Origin: a virus | Lineage: Duplodnaviria; Caudoviricetes | Length of the DNA stretch: 54,922 nucleotides | Virus record (IMG/VR): IMGVR_UViG_3300028844_003773 | Coordinates: 1-54,922 of that record | Reading direction: 5' to 3' (one strand) | Part shown: positions 24,807 through 34,633 of the stretch, in pieces | Layout of the letters: each line of letters opens with the position of its first letter | How positions within the stretch are numbered: the first letter of the stretch is position 1 | Notes under the pieces: model-generated | What the model was told of the DNA's origin: nothing | The model's input: the letters and a program-made list of their open reading frames with translations, nothing else | Database searches by the model: none | Position numbers and translations under genes: made by a program

Positions 24807-25613
24807 TTACTTTTTAACTTTAAAGATGTTAAGTTCAATAAAGAAGAACGCAACCAACCATAAGAAAGAGTCCCAAAAGTCTAAGAAGTCTCCCAAGAAT
24901 CCCCAATATGTAGCACATGCAAATAGTACAGAATATAATACCACTTTTGCTTGTTTACTGTAAGGAACAACTTTATCTACTTTACCTAATCTCAAGTCTG
25001 CTTCAAGTAAAATTACTACTAGCATCCAAGTAACTGAGTTAGTTACATCTACTAATGCTAACCATTGGATAGCAGAAAAGTCACTAGCACTTCCAATAAC
25101 GGATGTGTCTCCAAGCCTAAACAAGTCTTGTCCGTTTAACGCATTACAGTTTTCAGAAACAATCATTGGGTAGATGTCTAAATCTTCAACTAATGCAAAG
25201 TTTTGACCAATTAGTGAACAAGCATCAGCAATTTCATATGGTGAAATGCCATATACTAGTAATACTTTTGAGATATAGCCATAACATGCATATGCAATAA
25301 AACTATAACTGAATACCCGTAACAGATTAAAACCGATATTAACCGATGGTTTTGCTAGTGTGTGTTGTCTCAATACAGCAGTTTCTAGTTCAAACAGCAA
25401 CAATAAAACGACCCATGCCGCTGTATCTATTGTTGCCGCATATCCTTCAATAATGTTGAAAAGACTGACTCCTTGAGTCATAGTTTGTACTACTGCCGCG
25501 GCTTCTTCCTGATAAAACAAAAAGATATTATATGTTAGAAATGCATAAACAGAATATTTAAATGCTTTAAACAGAGCCTCTGTTGGATTTAAGAGTATAT
25601 TAGATGTGTTCAT
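24807..25613 (-). CDS. Multi-pass membrane protein, host-like
   Basis: About six hydrophobic segments; IDTAAWVVLLLLFELET and DFWDSFLWLVAFFFIELN. Confidence 0.7.
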   Translation of the reverse strand: MNTSNILLNPTEALFKAFKYSVYAFLTYNIFLFYQEEAAAVVQTMTQGVSLFNIIEGYAATIDTAAWVVLLLLFELETAVLRQHTLAKPSVNIGFNLLRVFSYSFIAYACYGYISKVLLVYGISPYEIADACSLIGQNFALVEDLDIYPMIVSENCNALNGQDLFRLGDTSVIGSASDFSAIQWLALVDVTNSVTWMLVVILLEADLRLGKVDKVVPYSKQAKVVLYSVLFACATYWGFLGDFLDFWDSFLWLVAFFFIELNIFKVKK

Positions 25614-26128
25614 AGTAGTTCATCTCCTTCGCTCCAAGCACAGCCTGTAAGTCCACCTGCTTGTAATGCTTTCAATGTTCTTAATGCTTCATCTGCATTT
25701 CTGCCTGTATCTAGTGCATTGATCGATACGTGTTGAATAGTTCTTTCTTTATCAAAGATAAATGTTGCTCTATAACAAACACCTGCTTCTTCATGTACAA
25801 TACCTAATTCACGTGATAATGCTAGTCCACAGTCTGCGGCTAGAGTATGTTTGATATCACCTATCAATGCATTCTCTTTCTTCCATGCAAGTTTGCAGAA
25901 TTCATTGTCGCCACTGATACCTACAACGTTAGCATGTTCTGCTAAAACGTCCATACCAGCAATTTCCGTTGGGCAAACAAATGTAAAGTCTTTAGGATAG
26001 AAATAAACTACAGACCAATCTTTTTTATGTGGGGTGTAACTTTCATGTATGTCTACTTGGACAAACTCGTTGTTTTCATCAATACCCGGCAATGAGAATG
26101 CGGGAAATTTATCGCCTACTGTTTTCAA
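25610..26128 (-). CDS. ahpC: Peroxiredoxin AhpC/TSA
   Basis: FYPKDFTFVCPTE, RATFI, GRN, C-terminal GCAW; TTG start with SD AGGAGA. Confidence 0.92.
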   Translation of the reverse strand: MKTVGDKFPAFSLPGIDENNEFVQVDIHESYTPHKKDWSVVYFYPKDFTFVCPTEIAGMDVLAEHANVVGISGDNEFCKLAWKKENALIGDIKHTLAADCGLALSRELGIVHEEAGVCYRATFIFDKERTIQHVSINALDTGRNADEALRTLKALQAGGLTGCAWSEGDELL

Positions 26129-26217
26129 TATGTTCTCCTAAATAAGTTATTGTGTAGTATTTACTTGATTTATAAAGAGTAAAAATATTTTTTGAAGGAA
26201 AAGGCATATATACTTAT

Positions 26218-26250
26218 ATGTCACAATTTTGTAACATTACTGTCACATAG
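26218..26250 (+). promoter_or_regulatory. Pho-box-like triple 11-bp direct repeat
   Basis: ATGTCACAATT TTGTAACATTA CTGTCACATAG. Confidence 0.55.
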
Positions 26251-26257
26251 GAGAAAC

Positions 26258-26341
26258 ATGGCACGAAAATACTTTAAAGCCTTTCATAAATTAATGAAAT
26301 CCGGAAGATTAAACAAAGTAATAAAATTAGTTACTCACTAG
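26258..26341 (+). CDS. Basic micro-protein (27 aa)
   Basis: MARKYFKAFHKLMKSGRLNKVIKLVTH* with SD AGGAGA. Confidence 0.6.
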   Translation: MARKYFKAFHKLMKSGRLNKVIKLVTH

Positions 26342-26450
26342 GTTTTACTTCAATTTTAACTTTCTTTTTCTGATTAGAAAACTGAATTCTACGATTCCTT
26401 TGTTGGTTGGATCTCAATCGATTCGCATGTCTACGTCTACTCGCACTCAT
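26331..26450 (-). CDS. Arg/Lys-rich micro-protein (39 aa)
   Basis: MSASRRRHANRLRSNQQRNRRIQFSNQKKKVKIEVKPSE* with SD AAGGGG. Confidence 0.55.
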   Translation of the reverse strand: MSASRRRHANRLRSNQQRNRRIQFSNQKKKVKIEVKPSE

Positions 26451-26470
26451 TAGATATGTCCCCTTATTAA

Positions 26471-27448
26471 CTATCTAAGTTTTATAAATTTTTGATCTAG
26501 TTTTTCATAAAAATAATCAGCAACAAACCCATTAGTTTGTTTACTCATATGCCTAAAGTCTCTATTGCGGTAAGCATATCCACCGCATCTTTCATTAAGT
26601 TGTTTCATAAAGAAATGTCTATCTACATCACTTAGCATATTATTCATGTGATTATGTCCTGCTAATTGTGTATAGATAGCATCTAATGAAGGCCAGTTCG
26701 CATTAGAATATGTTTGATAATCTTGTTGAGCCATTAACATAAAGACTTCATAAGGTATGTCTTTCCATGTTAATGGAATCTGTCTCATATAATCAAATGC
26801 ATCTGGAAAATGCGATAGTAAAATTTTTCGCATATCAGGGTTCCAGCACCACGGGGGAATAAATGCAATTTCTGATCCAATTGGCCATTCATATTCTTTT
26901 AAGATATGTATTTTTTGCTCAGTAGAGTTAGCATCTGCAAGTTGATCTGCTGAGGCTCCACCATGCAAGTTGAATAGACAAAAAGTATGTTGTACATCAA
27001 AGTACTTTCTCATTTTGTCTACGATAAGATGATAAGAGTCGGGACCTAATCCATCAACTCCACCATTAAGAATTGGAATATTAACTCGTTCTTGTAACTG
27101 ACTGGGCCAACTATGTTCCAACGGTCCACCAACATTCATAGTGAAACTATCACCAATAGCAAGTATAATTTTTGCTTTTTTGCCGTCTATGTTTAATGCT
27201 TCATAATCATAGTCAGCACGAAATCCCCATGAATTAAAAGTGTATTGAAAATCTTTTTCTGGGTGTAGTTGCATATATGCATTATAAAATGGCATCTTGC
27301 TAAACATTTCATCTGATGCACACTTATCTACTGTTTTATTTCGATATTTTAATAACTGTCGCCATAGTTTCTTTGGTAATCCGAATCCTTTGGGTGACAT
27401 ATCCATTTCTGTTTTAAAATCCTTGTAGACGTTGTTTTGCTTTTTCAT
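26471..27448 (-). CDS. SGNH-like hydrolase domain protein
   Basis: YTFNSWGFR, AIGDSFT..VG, SWP, NGGVDG, RDFRH. Confidence 0.7.
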   Translation of the reverse strand: MKKQNNVYKDFKTEMDMSPKGFGLPKKLWRQLLKYRNKTVDKCASDEMFSKMPFYNAYMQLHPEKDFQYTFNSWGFRADYDYEALNIDGKKAKIILAIGDSFTMNVGGPLEHSWPSQLQERVNIPILNGGVDGLGPDSYHLIVDKMRKYFDVQHTFCLFNLHGGASADQLADANSTEQKIHILKEYEWPIGSEIAFIPPWCWNPDMRKILLSHFPDAFDYMRQIPLTWKDIPYEVFMLMAQQDYQTYSNANWPSLDAIYTQLAGHNHMNNMLSDVDRHFFMKQLNERCGGYAYRNRDFRHMSKQTNGFVADYFYEKLDQKFIKLR

Positions 27449-27620
27449 TTATTAACATTTTGTCTTCGTTAGTATAGATTGACCAATTACCAATTTCATC
27501 TATTGTTCTACCGCAACCTTGACATACTTGATGAGTTTCAAAATCTAAGTTACATATACCTTTGCAAGGTGATCTAACTGTTTTTGTCTCTGTAATCTTT
27601 GACTGCGGCTTTGATTGCAT
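27414..27620 (-). CDS. DUF1289 putative Fe-S protein
   Basis: SPCKGIC...CQGCGRTIDEIGNW. Start uncertain. Confidence 0.85.
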   Translation of the reverse strand: MQSKPQSKITETKTVRSPCKGICNLDFETHQVCQGCGRTIDEIGNWSIYTNEDKMLINEKAKQRLQGF

Positions 27621-27954
27621 CTTCTGCTAAAACTGAACAGTGGATCTTGACCGGGGGGAGTGCGAGTTCTTCCGCGAGTTCAGTGTTTCTAATTGCTTCT
27701 GCTTGTTCGAGGGTTTGTCCTTTGACCCATTCTGTGAGGAGACTACTTGATGCAATTGCAGACCCGCACCCATACGTTTTAAACTTAGCATCTTCAATAA
27801 CTCCTTCGTCATTTACTTTAATTTGTAACCTCATCACGTCTCCGCATGCCGGTGCACCTACCATTCCCGTACCTACACCTTCTTCATTAGGATCCCATTT
27901 GCCAACATTACGAGGATTTTCATAATGATCAATTACTTTATCACTATAAGCCAT
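27574..27954 (-). CDS. iscU: Fe-S cluster scaffold IscU
   Basis: MAYSDKVIDHYENPRNVG, APACGD, GCGSAIASSS, LPPVKIHCS. Confidence 0.97.
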   Translation of the reverse strand: MAYSDKVIDHYENPRNVGKWDPNEEGVGTGMVGAPACGDVMRLQIKVNDEGVIEDAKFKTYGCGSAIASSSLLTEWVKGQTLEQAEAIRNTELAEELALPPVKIHCSVLAEDAIKAAVKDYRDKNS

Positions 27955-27997
27955 GAGTACCAACTCTCGTTGATACTACATTGATAGTCTGATTCAT
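27944..27997 (-). CDS. 17-aa leader ORF overlapping the iscU start
   Basis: MNQTINVVSTRVGTHGL* with strong SD AAGGAG. Confidence 0.45.
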   Translation of the reverse strand: MNQTINVVSTRVGTHGL

Positions 27998-28019
27998 AAT
28001 TAGACTCCTTTGTCTAACT

Positions 28020-29153
28020 CTATTTATTCTTAACTGATTTCTTCTTTGGCTTTTCTTCTGGGAACAAGTCGAGTTTTTCCCAAGGTAAATATTCTTTTCC
28101 GAAGTGACCATAATTAGTAGTCGCTCCGTATATAGGAGAGAATAAATTAAATCTATCGATAATACCTTTAGGTGATAAATCTACGTTATCTGTAATCCAT
28201 TTAGTTAAATCTCTGCTATCTCTATCACTTTCTACATATACACTTGTTGGCTGATCAACTCCTATCGCATAACTTAATTGAATTGTTGCCCAATCTGCTT
28301 GCCCGGATGCTACAATATTTTTTGCAAGATAACGAGCCATATACGCCGCTGATCTATCTACTTTGGATGGATCTTTACCACTAAATGCTCCGCCACCATG
28401 AGGTGCACTTCCACCATATGTATCAACAATAATCTTACGACCAGTTAAGCCTGAATCTCCATCTGGGCCACCAACAACAAATCTACCTGTTGGGTTAATT
28501 AAGTATTGTGTCTTTTCATCTAAGAGTTCTTGGGGTAAAGTCTTTTGTATTACTTCTTGTATCTGTACCCTCACAGTCTCTATATCGATCTGATCGACAT
28601 GCTGAGTAGAACAAACTACTTTATCTATACGTTTTACTGTGCTATCGTCATTGTATTCTACGGTAACTTGTGATTTAGAATCAGGACCTAACCAAGGAAT
28701 AATTCCTTGCTTTCTTACTGCTGTAAGCATTTCTACAATTCTATGTGAGTAATAAAGAGGGGCAGGCATATATGTTTCTGTGTCTTTAGTTGCATAACCA
28801 AACATAATACCTTGATCACCTGCACCAAAACTATCTGTGCCTAATGCAATATCAGGCGATTGACCATGTAATAGATTTTGAATGTCTAGGTTATTCCAAT
28901 GAAAACCTTCTTGTTCATAACCGATATTCTTAACGACTCTACGTACAAGGTATTCAACATCTAAACTATCAATTGCCCCTTTGTATTCTCCTGCAACTAC
29001 TACTTTATTTGTAGTTACTAGAGTTTCACATGCACAACGTAAAGTAGGATCTCTATGTTGCATAAATGAATCAAGTATAGCATCACTAATTGCATCTGCA
29101 ACTTTATCTGGGTGTCCTTCTGAGACACTTTCACTCGTAAAATAATAACTCAT
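28020..29153 (-). CDS. metK: S-adenosylmethionine synthetase
   Basis: FTSESVSEGHPDK, GAGDQG, GGGAFSGKD. Confidence 0.97.
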   Translation of the reverse strand: MSYYFTSESVSEGHPDKVADAISDAILDSFMQHRDPTLRCACETLVTTNKVVVAGEYKGAIDSLDVEYLVRRVVKNIGYEQEGFHWNNLDIQNLLHGQSPDIALGTDSFGAGDQGIMFGYATKDTETYMPAPLYYSHRIVEMLTAVRKQGIIPWLGPDSKSQVTVEYNDDSTVKRIDKVVCSTQHVDQIDIETVRVQIQEVIQKTLPQELLDEKTQYLINPTGRFVVGGPDGDSGLTGRKIIVDTYGGSAPHGGGAFSGKDPSKVDRSAAYMARYLAKNIVASGQADWATIQLSYAIGVDQPTSVYVESDRDSRDLTKWITDNVDLSPKGIIDRFNLFSPIYGATTNYGHFGKEYLPWEKLDLFPEEKPKKKSVKNK

Positions 29154-29169
29154 ATATGTCCTTTAGTAT

Positions 29170-29198
29170 ATTGTATACTAATATTTAATACGAGTCAA
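29170..29198 (-). promoter_or_regulatory. sigma70 promoter with embedded late TAAATA (dual promoter)
   Basis: TTGACT-17 bp-TACAAT; the spacer contains TAAATA. Confidence 0.7.
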
Positions 29199-29217
29199 GG
29201 GGTAGGTAGAAAAAGTT

Positions 29218-32200
29218 TTATCCTAGTAGGTCCCAACAGTCGCAGTTACAATGAATAACTTGATCGATTGCTGATTCAGCAGATTGTTTCGGAACAAACG
29301 GGTTATCAGGGCCGGAAGGTTCACCGCCACCAGAATCTGTACCTGCGCCTCCGCCTCCGCCATCAAATTGAGTACCAGTAGGATCATCTTCTGTGCCGTC
29401 ACCAGGTGTTCTAATTATTGTATCAGGAGGACCGACAGATATAATTGAACCTATTACTGGGTATTCGGCGTCTGTAAACAAAGGTGTAAAATCTCCGGGT
29501 GCTTCGCCTGTTGTAGGAACTAAGAAGAATCCATCATCTACTACCCCGGGTGATGTTACTGTAGGTGATCCCGGAGGTCCTATTTGTGGCCAGCCTGGAT
29601 TAACCCATTCAGTGTCATTGATAACAATGCCCTCTTGTGCTCCTGGCACTGTTCCGTTTGTGACTAATGTTTGTATTGTTGAAGGACTAGTAACGTCTGG
29701 AATATTATTGTTGATTGGTATACCACAATTTGAAAGAGCCTTCTCATTTTTTTCTTGTCTTAATTGTGCCATTATGTTTTGTCCAACATTACAATCTCTG
29801 TCTACAATTAACTCTAATGTTGTTCTTGCTTGAAGACCTTTCAGAAAATCAGAATAATCTGGCATACTGTCTACAAATGAAACCAAGTCTTGGTTACTAT
29901 AAGTAAAAGGATCTCTAGGAATTTCTACTCTACCTATAGAATTATATCTAGTACGTTGTTCAACTTTCATCTGTTTTCCCATAATATTCCAAATCATATT
30001 TACTTGACTTATAGAATTCAGAGACTGCTTAGAGATTTCCAAAATTTCATTGTTAGCCGCATTAATATAATATTGAGGAACAGAAGAAAAACTATAACTA
30101 GATCCATAAGGCGAATTTGTTCCGCCGTCTGCTTTTCTCCAAGGATAAGTTCCTGTTGGGGGATATTCAGGCTCTGCAATTACATCTGTATTAGCAACTG
30201 GTGCGCCGTATCCCGGATTTGCATCTTGGTAATTAGGATAAACACCATCTGGGTCTTCAAAACCCGGTGGAGGATCATTCGGTGCCGGTATGGGTGCGTA
30301 TGGCACCGGAGATTGCCAATCCGCAGTTGGGATATTTGTAGCAAAATATACTGCTCCGCCGCCACTAACTTCGGCGCCTTGAACTCTTCCAAACGTTCCA
30401 CCACCGTTGCTACCTGTTTGTGCATCGTCTCTGCCTATACTTGATACTTCGATACTTGAACCATCACTATTAAATGTTGTGTAGTTAATAGTGGCGACCG
30501 GATCAGGGGCACCGCCTCTACCATATCCGCCACCGTCATTAGTTAATAAAGTATATTCTCCTTGACTTGGTTTAATTCTATACCCCGCGGCCCACAATGA
30601 AGGTTGCCATTGATTATTTGTGTATGAGGGAGGATCAGTTTCTGGTGCAAGAATAAACAGATAAGGATTATAATCTGGTAGTGCGGGATCTGGTTGATAA
30701 TCCGGATTAGAAACATTTGCTACTGCATCTGTAGTTCTTGTACAAGTGTATTCTAATTGTAAAGACATTGCCATTGCTTCCCAGGATACTGCTAAAAACA
30801 ATTGTTGATAAATGGCTGCTAGATCAGAAATCTCAGCATCGTCTGTAACATTCTGTATTTCTTTGTCGCCGGCTAGAAAATCATATAACTCACGCCAGTT
30901 GTATGGATTACCTGACATATTGCCAAAAAAGTCATCCATTCTATAGTTGCCATGTACATTAGATCCTAGTCCCATTTGTGCTTGAATTTCACTTACTAAA
31001 TCTTGGTCTACTGGTTTTTGTAATGAACTTCCAGATGCCTCTGTTCCATTTGCATCAGTAGTATCTTCTGATAGTAATTCTAAAAATTGAATACAGTTGC
31101 CCAATTTACCTGGAGTAATTTGTTCAATATTACTAATTTGTAAAAAAGCATATCTTACTGCGCCGGCTGCTACTCCGATAGCCTCAGGCAAAATTTCATT
31201 TGGAAACCCTAAATATGAATCATACCCCTCCGGAAGGTTTCTTAGACTAATTCCAGAAATATTGGCTTCGTTATTTGTCGGTTGAGGTTGACCTGCAGTA
31301 AATAATGTACCGACAACACTTCTTACTTGGTCAGATGTAAGTGCCGAGTTTACACCGTCACCATAATCATATAGGGTATCGTCAGGGTAAATTAAATAAT
31401 ATGTTTTAGAGCCAGTAGGCAATCCGACTTGTGTATTGTATAACGGCACTGTAAGGGTTTTTCTAGTATTATAAAATAAATACCATGGGTTTAATAAATC
31501 TGCTAATGTGCGTATTGTAATAGCATCATTGAAGTCAGGGTTTAATTGGTCTGCTAAAAAGAAACGATTTGTTGTTAATGATGATACACATACTCGTAAG
31601 TTTTTACCGGCTATCGATAAAAATGCTGTATATATTTTACGTTCTTGCGATGCTGTACCGTGGTCATTTTTAGTAGATAAAATTTTAATTTCTTTTTCAG
31701 AAAGTCCAGCAGAGCCCAAAGCCAAATTTAAATCTGTTGACAATCCACCTGCATCATATAATTGTTGTAGTAAAGTTGAGGGGAAACCAAAACGATCTAA
31801 CCGTTTAAAGTCAAATATTTTCTGCAATCTTTGCAAATCTCTTGCAAGACCTTGGGTATATAAAGTTACTCCAGTAACATCTCCAGTAATTAAATCATTC
31901 ATGTTACTGAATGAACCTTCTAAGAAAGTTTGTGCATTCTGTGCAGTAGAAATTGTTTTATTATTGTACTGAATAAAACTATAGGCTTCGTTAAATGATC
32001 CTAAGAAATCTTCATATCTAGGAGATGGATTAGAATCTAATACCGCCCCTTCAAGTCCTTCTTTAGCATGCCAATTAAATTCGTTGTGTGCTTGTAAAGC
32101 ATGACATCTAATCCAACCCCATTGAGTAATACTTTTGTTAGGGTTTGACGAATTGTAGGGTATCCAAGTTGCTTGTTGACCATAGTCTGTATTACCAGTT

Positions 32201-32625
32201 ACAGAGTATCCTGCATTTGCAGGACCCGGTAATGCACCTGTGACTCCTGCTGATTCTCCGTAATCTACTGCTTTACATGTTGTTGGGTTTGTTGGATGAT
32301 ATGCCCATGATTCTGATGCATCTTCTGCTATGTATGTGGGAGGTTTTGAATTTCCTAACGCATAACAACTACCATAACCATTAATTGAAATAAGATTATC
32401 GTAAGTACCAGTAGGCACAACACCCCTTGTATAACCGTCATTAATAGACCATACAAGCATTCTAAGCACGGTATTGTCAACTAGTGTACCGAATGTATAC
32501 TGAGAGTTTGATCTGCTGATTCCCATAAAAAACTGAGCATTAGGATTTATGCGAATACATCTATTTTGTAAGATTCCGCCTAATACGTTTTGACCTAAGG
32601 GACTTTGTTTACCTGTATCTGCCAT
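29218..32625 (-). CDS. Large putative virion/baseplate protein of unknown function
   Basis: 1135 aa directly downstream of PAAR; Pro/Gly-rich inserts; C-terminal HCNCDC. Confidence 0.55.
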   Translation of the reverse strand: MADTGKQSPLGQNVLGGILQNRCIRINPNAQFFMGISRSNSQYTFGTLVDNTVLRMLVWSINDGYTRGVVPTGTYDNLISINGYGSCYALGNSKPPTYIAEDASESWAYHPTNPTTCKAVDYGESAGVTGALPGPANAGYSVTGNTDYGQQATWIPYNSSNPNKSITQWGWIRCHALQAHNEFNWHAKEGLEGAVLDSNPSPRYEDFLGSFNEAYSFIQYNNKTISTAQNAQTFLEGSFSNMNDLITGDVTGVTLYTQGLARDLQRLQKIFDFKRLDRFGFPSTLLQQLYDAGGLSTDLNLALGSAGLSEKEIKILSTKNDHGTASQERKIYTAFLSIAGKNLRVCVSSLTTNRFFLADQLNPDFNDAITIRTLADLLNPWYLFYNTRKTLTVPLYNTQVGLPTGSKTYYLIYPDDTLYDYGDGVNSALTSDQVRSVVGTLFTAGQPQPTNNEANISGISLRNLPEGYDSYLGFPNEILPEAIGVAAGAVRYAFLQISNIEQITPGKLGNCIQFLELLSEDTTDANGTEASGSSLQKPVDQDLVSEIQAQMGLGSNVHGNYRMDDFFGNMSGNPYNWRELYDFLAGDKEIQNVTDDAEISDLAAIYQQLFLAVSWEAMAMSLQLEYTCTRTTDAVANVSNPDYQPDPALPDYNPYLFILAPETDPPSYTNNQWQPSLWAAGYRIKPSQGEYTLLTNDGGGYGRGGAPDPVATINYTTFNSDGSSIEVSSIGRDDAQTGSNGGGTFGRVQGAEVSGGGAVYFATNIPTADWQSPVPYAPIPAPNDPPPGFEDPDGVYPNYQDANPGYGAPVANTDVIAEPEYPPTGTYPWRKADGGTNSPYGSSYSFSSVPQYYINAANNEILEISKQSLNSISQVNMIWNIMGKQMKVEQRTRYNSIGRVEIPRDPFTYSNQDLVSFVDSMPDYSDFLKGLQARTTLELIVDRDCNVGQNIMAQLRQEKNEKALSNCGIPINNNIPDVTSPSTIQTLVTNGTVPGAQEGIVINDTEWVNPGWPQIGPPGSPTVTSPGVVDDGFFLVPTTGEAPGDFTPLFTDAEYPVIGSIISVGPPDTIIRTPGDGTEDDPTGTQFDGGGGGAGTDSGGGEPSGPDNPFVPKQSAESAIDQVIHCNCDCWDLLG

Positions 32626-32633
32626 ATATTATC

Positions 32634-32912
32634 CTAGGGCACGAATACCGTATCTGCGCCTTCAACAATTTTATGTTTACAATCGTTGCCGGAACCTACT
32701 CTAAGTACTGGTTTCCCTTCACAAAAAACTGTAGGGCTACCTTCAGTTGTCTTTGCAGATTTATGAGGTTTTTTATTTGGTTTTGGATTATGAGGAGAAA
32801 TTTCACTAACATGCAGACCTACAGGTTTTCCTTCTGCAAAGACAGTTTCTGAGCCTTTGAGAATTTTTCCACCTGTAGTGTTTTTATCTCCCTTTCGGCT
32901 TAATTTAGCCAT
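32634..32912 (-). CDS. PAAR-like spike tip protein (gp5.4-like)
   Basis: RKGD, GSETVFAEGKP, GSPTVFCEGKPVLRVG, His/Cys metal ligands. Confidence 0.88.
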   Translation of the reverse strand: MAKLSRKGDKNTTGGKILKGSETVFAEGKPVGLHVSEISPHNPKPNKKPHKSAKTTEGSPTVFCEGKPVLRVGSGNDCKHKIVEGADTVFVP

Positions 32913-32918
32913 GTACTT

Positions 32919-33236
32919 TTATCCTACTAATATTTTTTTCTCGGGTACAGTTACCCCAGTAGTAGCCTCTCTATATTTGTCTTTAACTTCATCTGCTGTA
33001 ACTGCAACAAGAGAAACACTATTAGTATTTAGTCTTGGGTTTTCTGCCATTGAAGCAGAAAAGACACTAGGCACTAATGCCATGCCAGTTTGACTAGGTG
33101 CAAGAGATACAGGATCTTCTAGTTCTAAAAAACCATCTTCATTTCCTACTACTTTGGATACGATTTCTTCTCCACTAAAAATTTTAAGTGTGTACACCTT
33201 TCCTAGTTCAATCATTGATATTGCTTTATTTTCCAT
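32919..33236 (-). CDS. Hypothetical protein, possible Sm-like fold
   Basis: TLKIFSGEEIVSK...DPVSL...YREATTG. Confidence 0.65.
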   Translation of the reverse strand: MENKAISMIELGKVYTLKIFSGEEIVSKVVGNEDGFLELEDPVSLAPSQTGMALVPSVFSASMAENPRLNTNSVSLVAVTADEVKDKYREATTGVTVPEKKILVG

Positions 33237-33460
33237 TATGACTCCAGTTTTTGTTTAAGTTCAGTAAATCCACCAACGTAATCTTCATTCAAAAAGATTT
33301 GAGGTGCTGTACGTGCATTGGGAACTACTGCTAATAAATCTTCTAAAGTATATCCATGTCCTATTTTTTTAATTTCTGTATCAATACCTTCTGCTTCTAA
33401 TAGTTTAATTGCTTGATCACAATAGGTACAATTATCTTTACTCCATACAATGGCTTTCAT
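33236..33460 (-). CDS. Glutaredoxin (RNR electron donor)
   Basis: CTYC, RTAPQIF, YVGGF. Confidence 0.93.
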   Translation of the reverse strand: MKAIVWSKDNCTYCDQAIKLLEAEGIDTEIKKIGHGYTLEDLLAVVPNARTAPQIFLNEDYVGGFTELKQKLES

Positions 33461-33520
33461 TCTTTCTCCTAGTTAATGTTATACGTATATTTAATACGAT
33501 TTGATGTGGTCAAATAAATT

Positions 33521-34624
33521 TTATGCTAACTCAGGTAACTCGTCATAGTCAAGTGATTCTGACATAACACCTATTACGTAGTTAGTTGATTCATTTTCTT
33601 GTAGTGCAGTTTGCTTCTTGCTAGTATCACTATGCTTGTTAAACCAAGGAATAGGACTTGCTTTTGGGGCAGGTTCATTATATTTTATATTAATTGCTTT
33701 TAATGATTCTAATGCTGTGTAGTCTACAAACTCTTTTAAAATGTTTGCATTAAGACCGATTACAGGACCTTTCTTAAACAAGTAATCTGCCCATTCTTTT
33801 TCTTCTCTAATGACATCCATATACATATCGTATACTTCTTTCTCACATTCTTTTGCCGCTTTTGCGAATCTTGGATCTTCTTTGACAACTTGTTTAATGA
33901 TCCAACCTGTCCAACCTTTATGAAGTAGTTCATCTTGTAAGATTAATGAAATGATGTTGCCATTACCCATGAAGATTCTATTTTCTACCATTGCTAATGA
34001 TGTAGCAAATGATACCATAAATCGTAATGCTTCTAAGGCATAACTTGCATGTAGAGCCATCCAAATTGCTTTGATATGTTTTTCTTCATCGATCTTTTTG
34101 CCCATTTCTTTTTGACAGTTGATTTCATGTAAGCCATCATAGTAATCACAAACTGAAGATGCCATGTCAGCAATTTCTTTTGTGTCATGGATAGTATCAA
34201 AGATATTTTTAGGTACATTATAGATGTTTCTAATGATATGACTGTAAGAACGTGAGTGTATATTAGTTTCAAAGAAAGACCAGTTATACATTAATGCTTC
34301 TAGTTCAGGCAGACTTACAACAGGAGTAAAAACTTGTACAGGGCCTCTGCCTTGTAGACTATCTAATGCTGTTTGTCTTAATAAGTTAGCAGTGAAGATG
34401 TGTTTAACTGCATCACTAGCATCTTTAAAGTCTCCGGCGTCTTTAGTCAGACTAATTTCTTCTGGTACCCAAAAGAAGCCTCTTGCAGTTTCTTCAAAGT
34501 TTGCTATTTGATCATACTTGACTTCTTCAAAACGTTGTATAGTAACCGGGCCTGCTGGATCCAAAAACATTTTGTTGTCTAAGTATGTTGTTTGTTTTGT
34601 TAAATCGTATTGTTCTTTGCTCAT
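33521..34624 (-). CDS. nrdB: Class Ia ribonucleotide reductase beta subunit
   Basis: FFWVPEE, LDSLQ, ETNIHSRSY, LEALRF, DELLH; radical Tyr present. Confidence 0.95.
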   Translation of the reverse strand: MSKEQYDLTKQTTYLDNKMFLDPAGPVTIQRFEEVKYDQIANFEETARGFFWVPEEISLTKDAGDFKDASDAVKHIFTANLLRQTALDSLQGRGPVQVFTPVVSLPELEALMYNWSFFETNIHSRSYSHIIRNIYNVPKNIFDTIHDTKEIADMASSVCDYYDGLHEINCQKEMGKKIDEEKHIKAIWMALHASYALEALRFMVSFATSLAMVENRIFMGNGNIISLILQDELLHKGWTGWIIKQVVKEDPRFAKAAKECEKEVYDMYMDVIREEKEWADYLFKKGPVIGLNANILKEFVDYTALESLKAINIKYNEPAPKASPIPWFNKHSDTSKKQTALQENESTNYVIGVMSESLDYDELPELA

Positions 34625-34633
34625 AATTAACCC

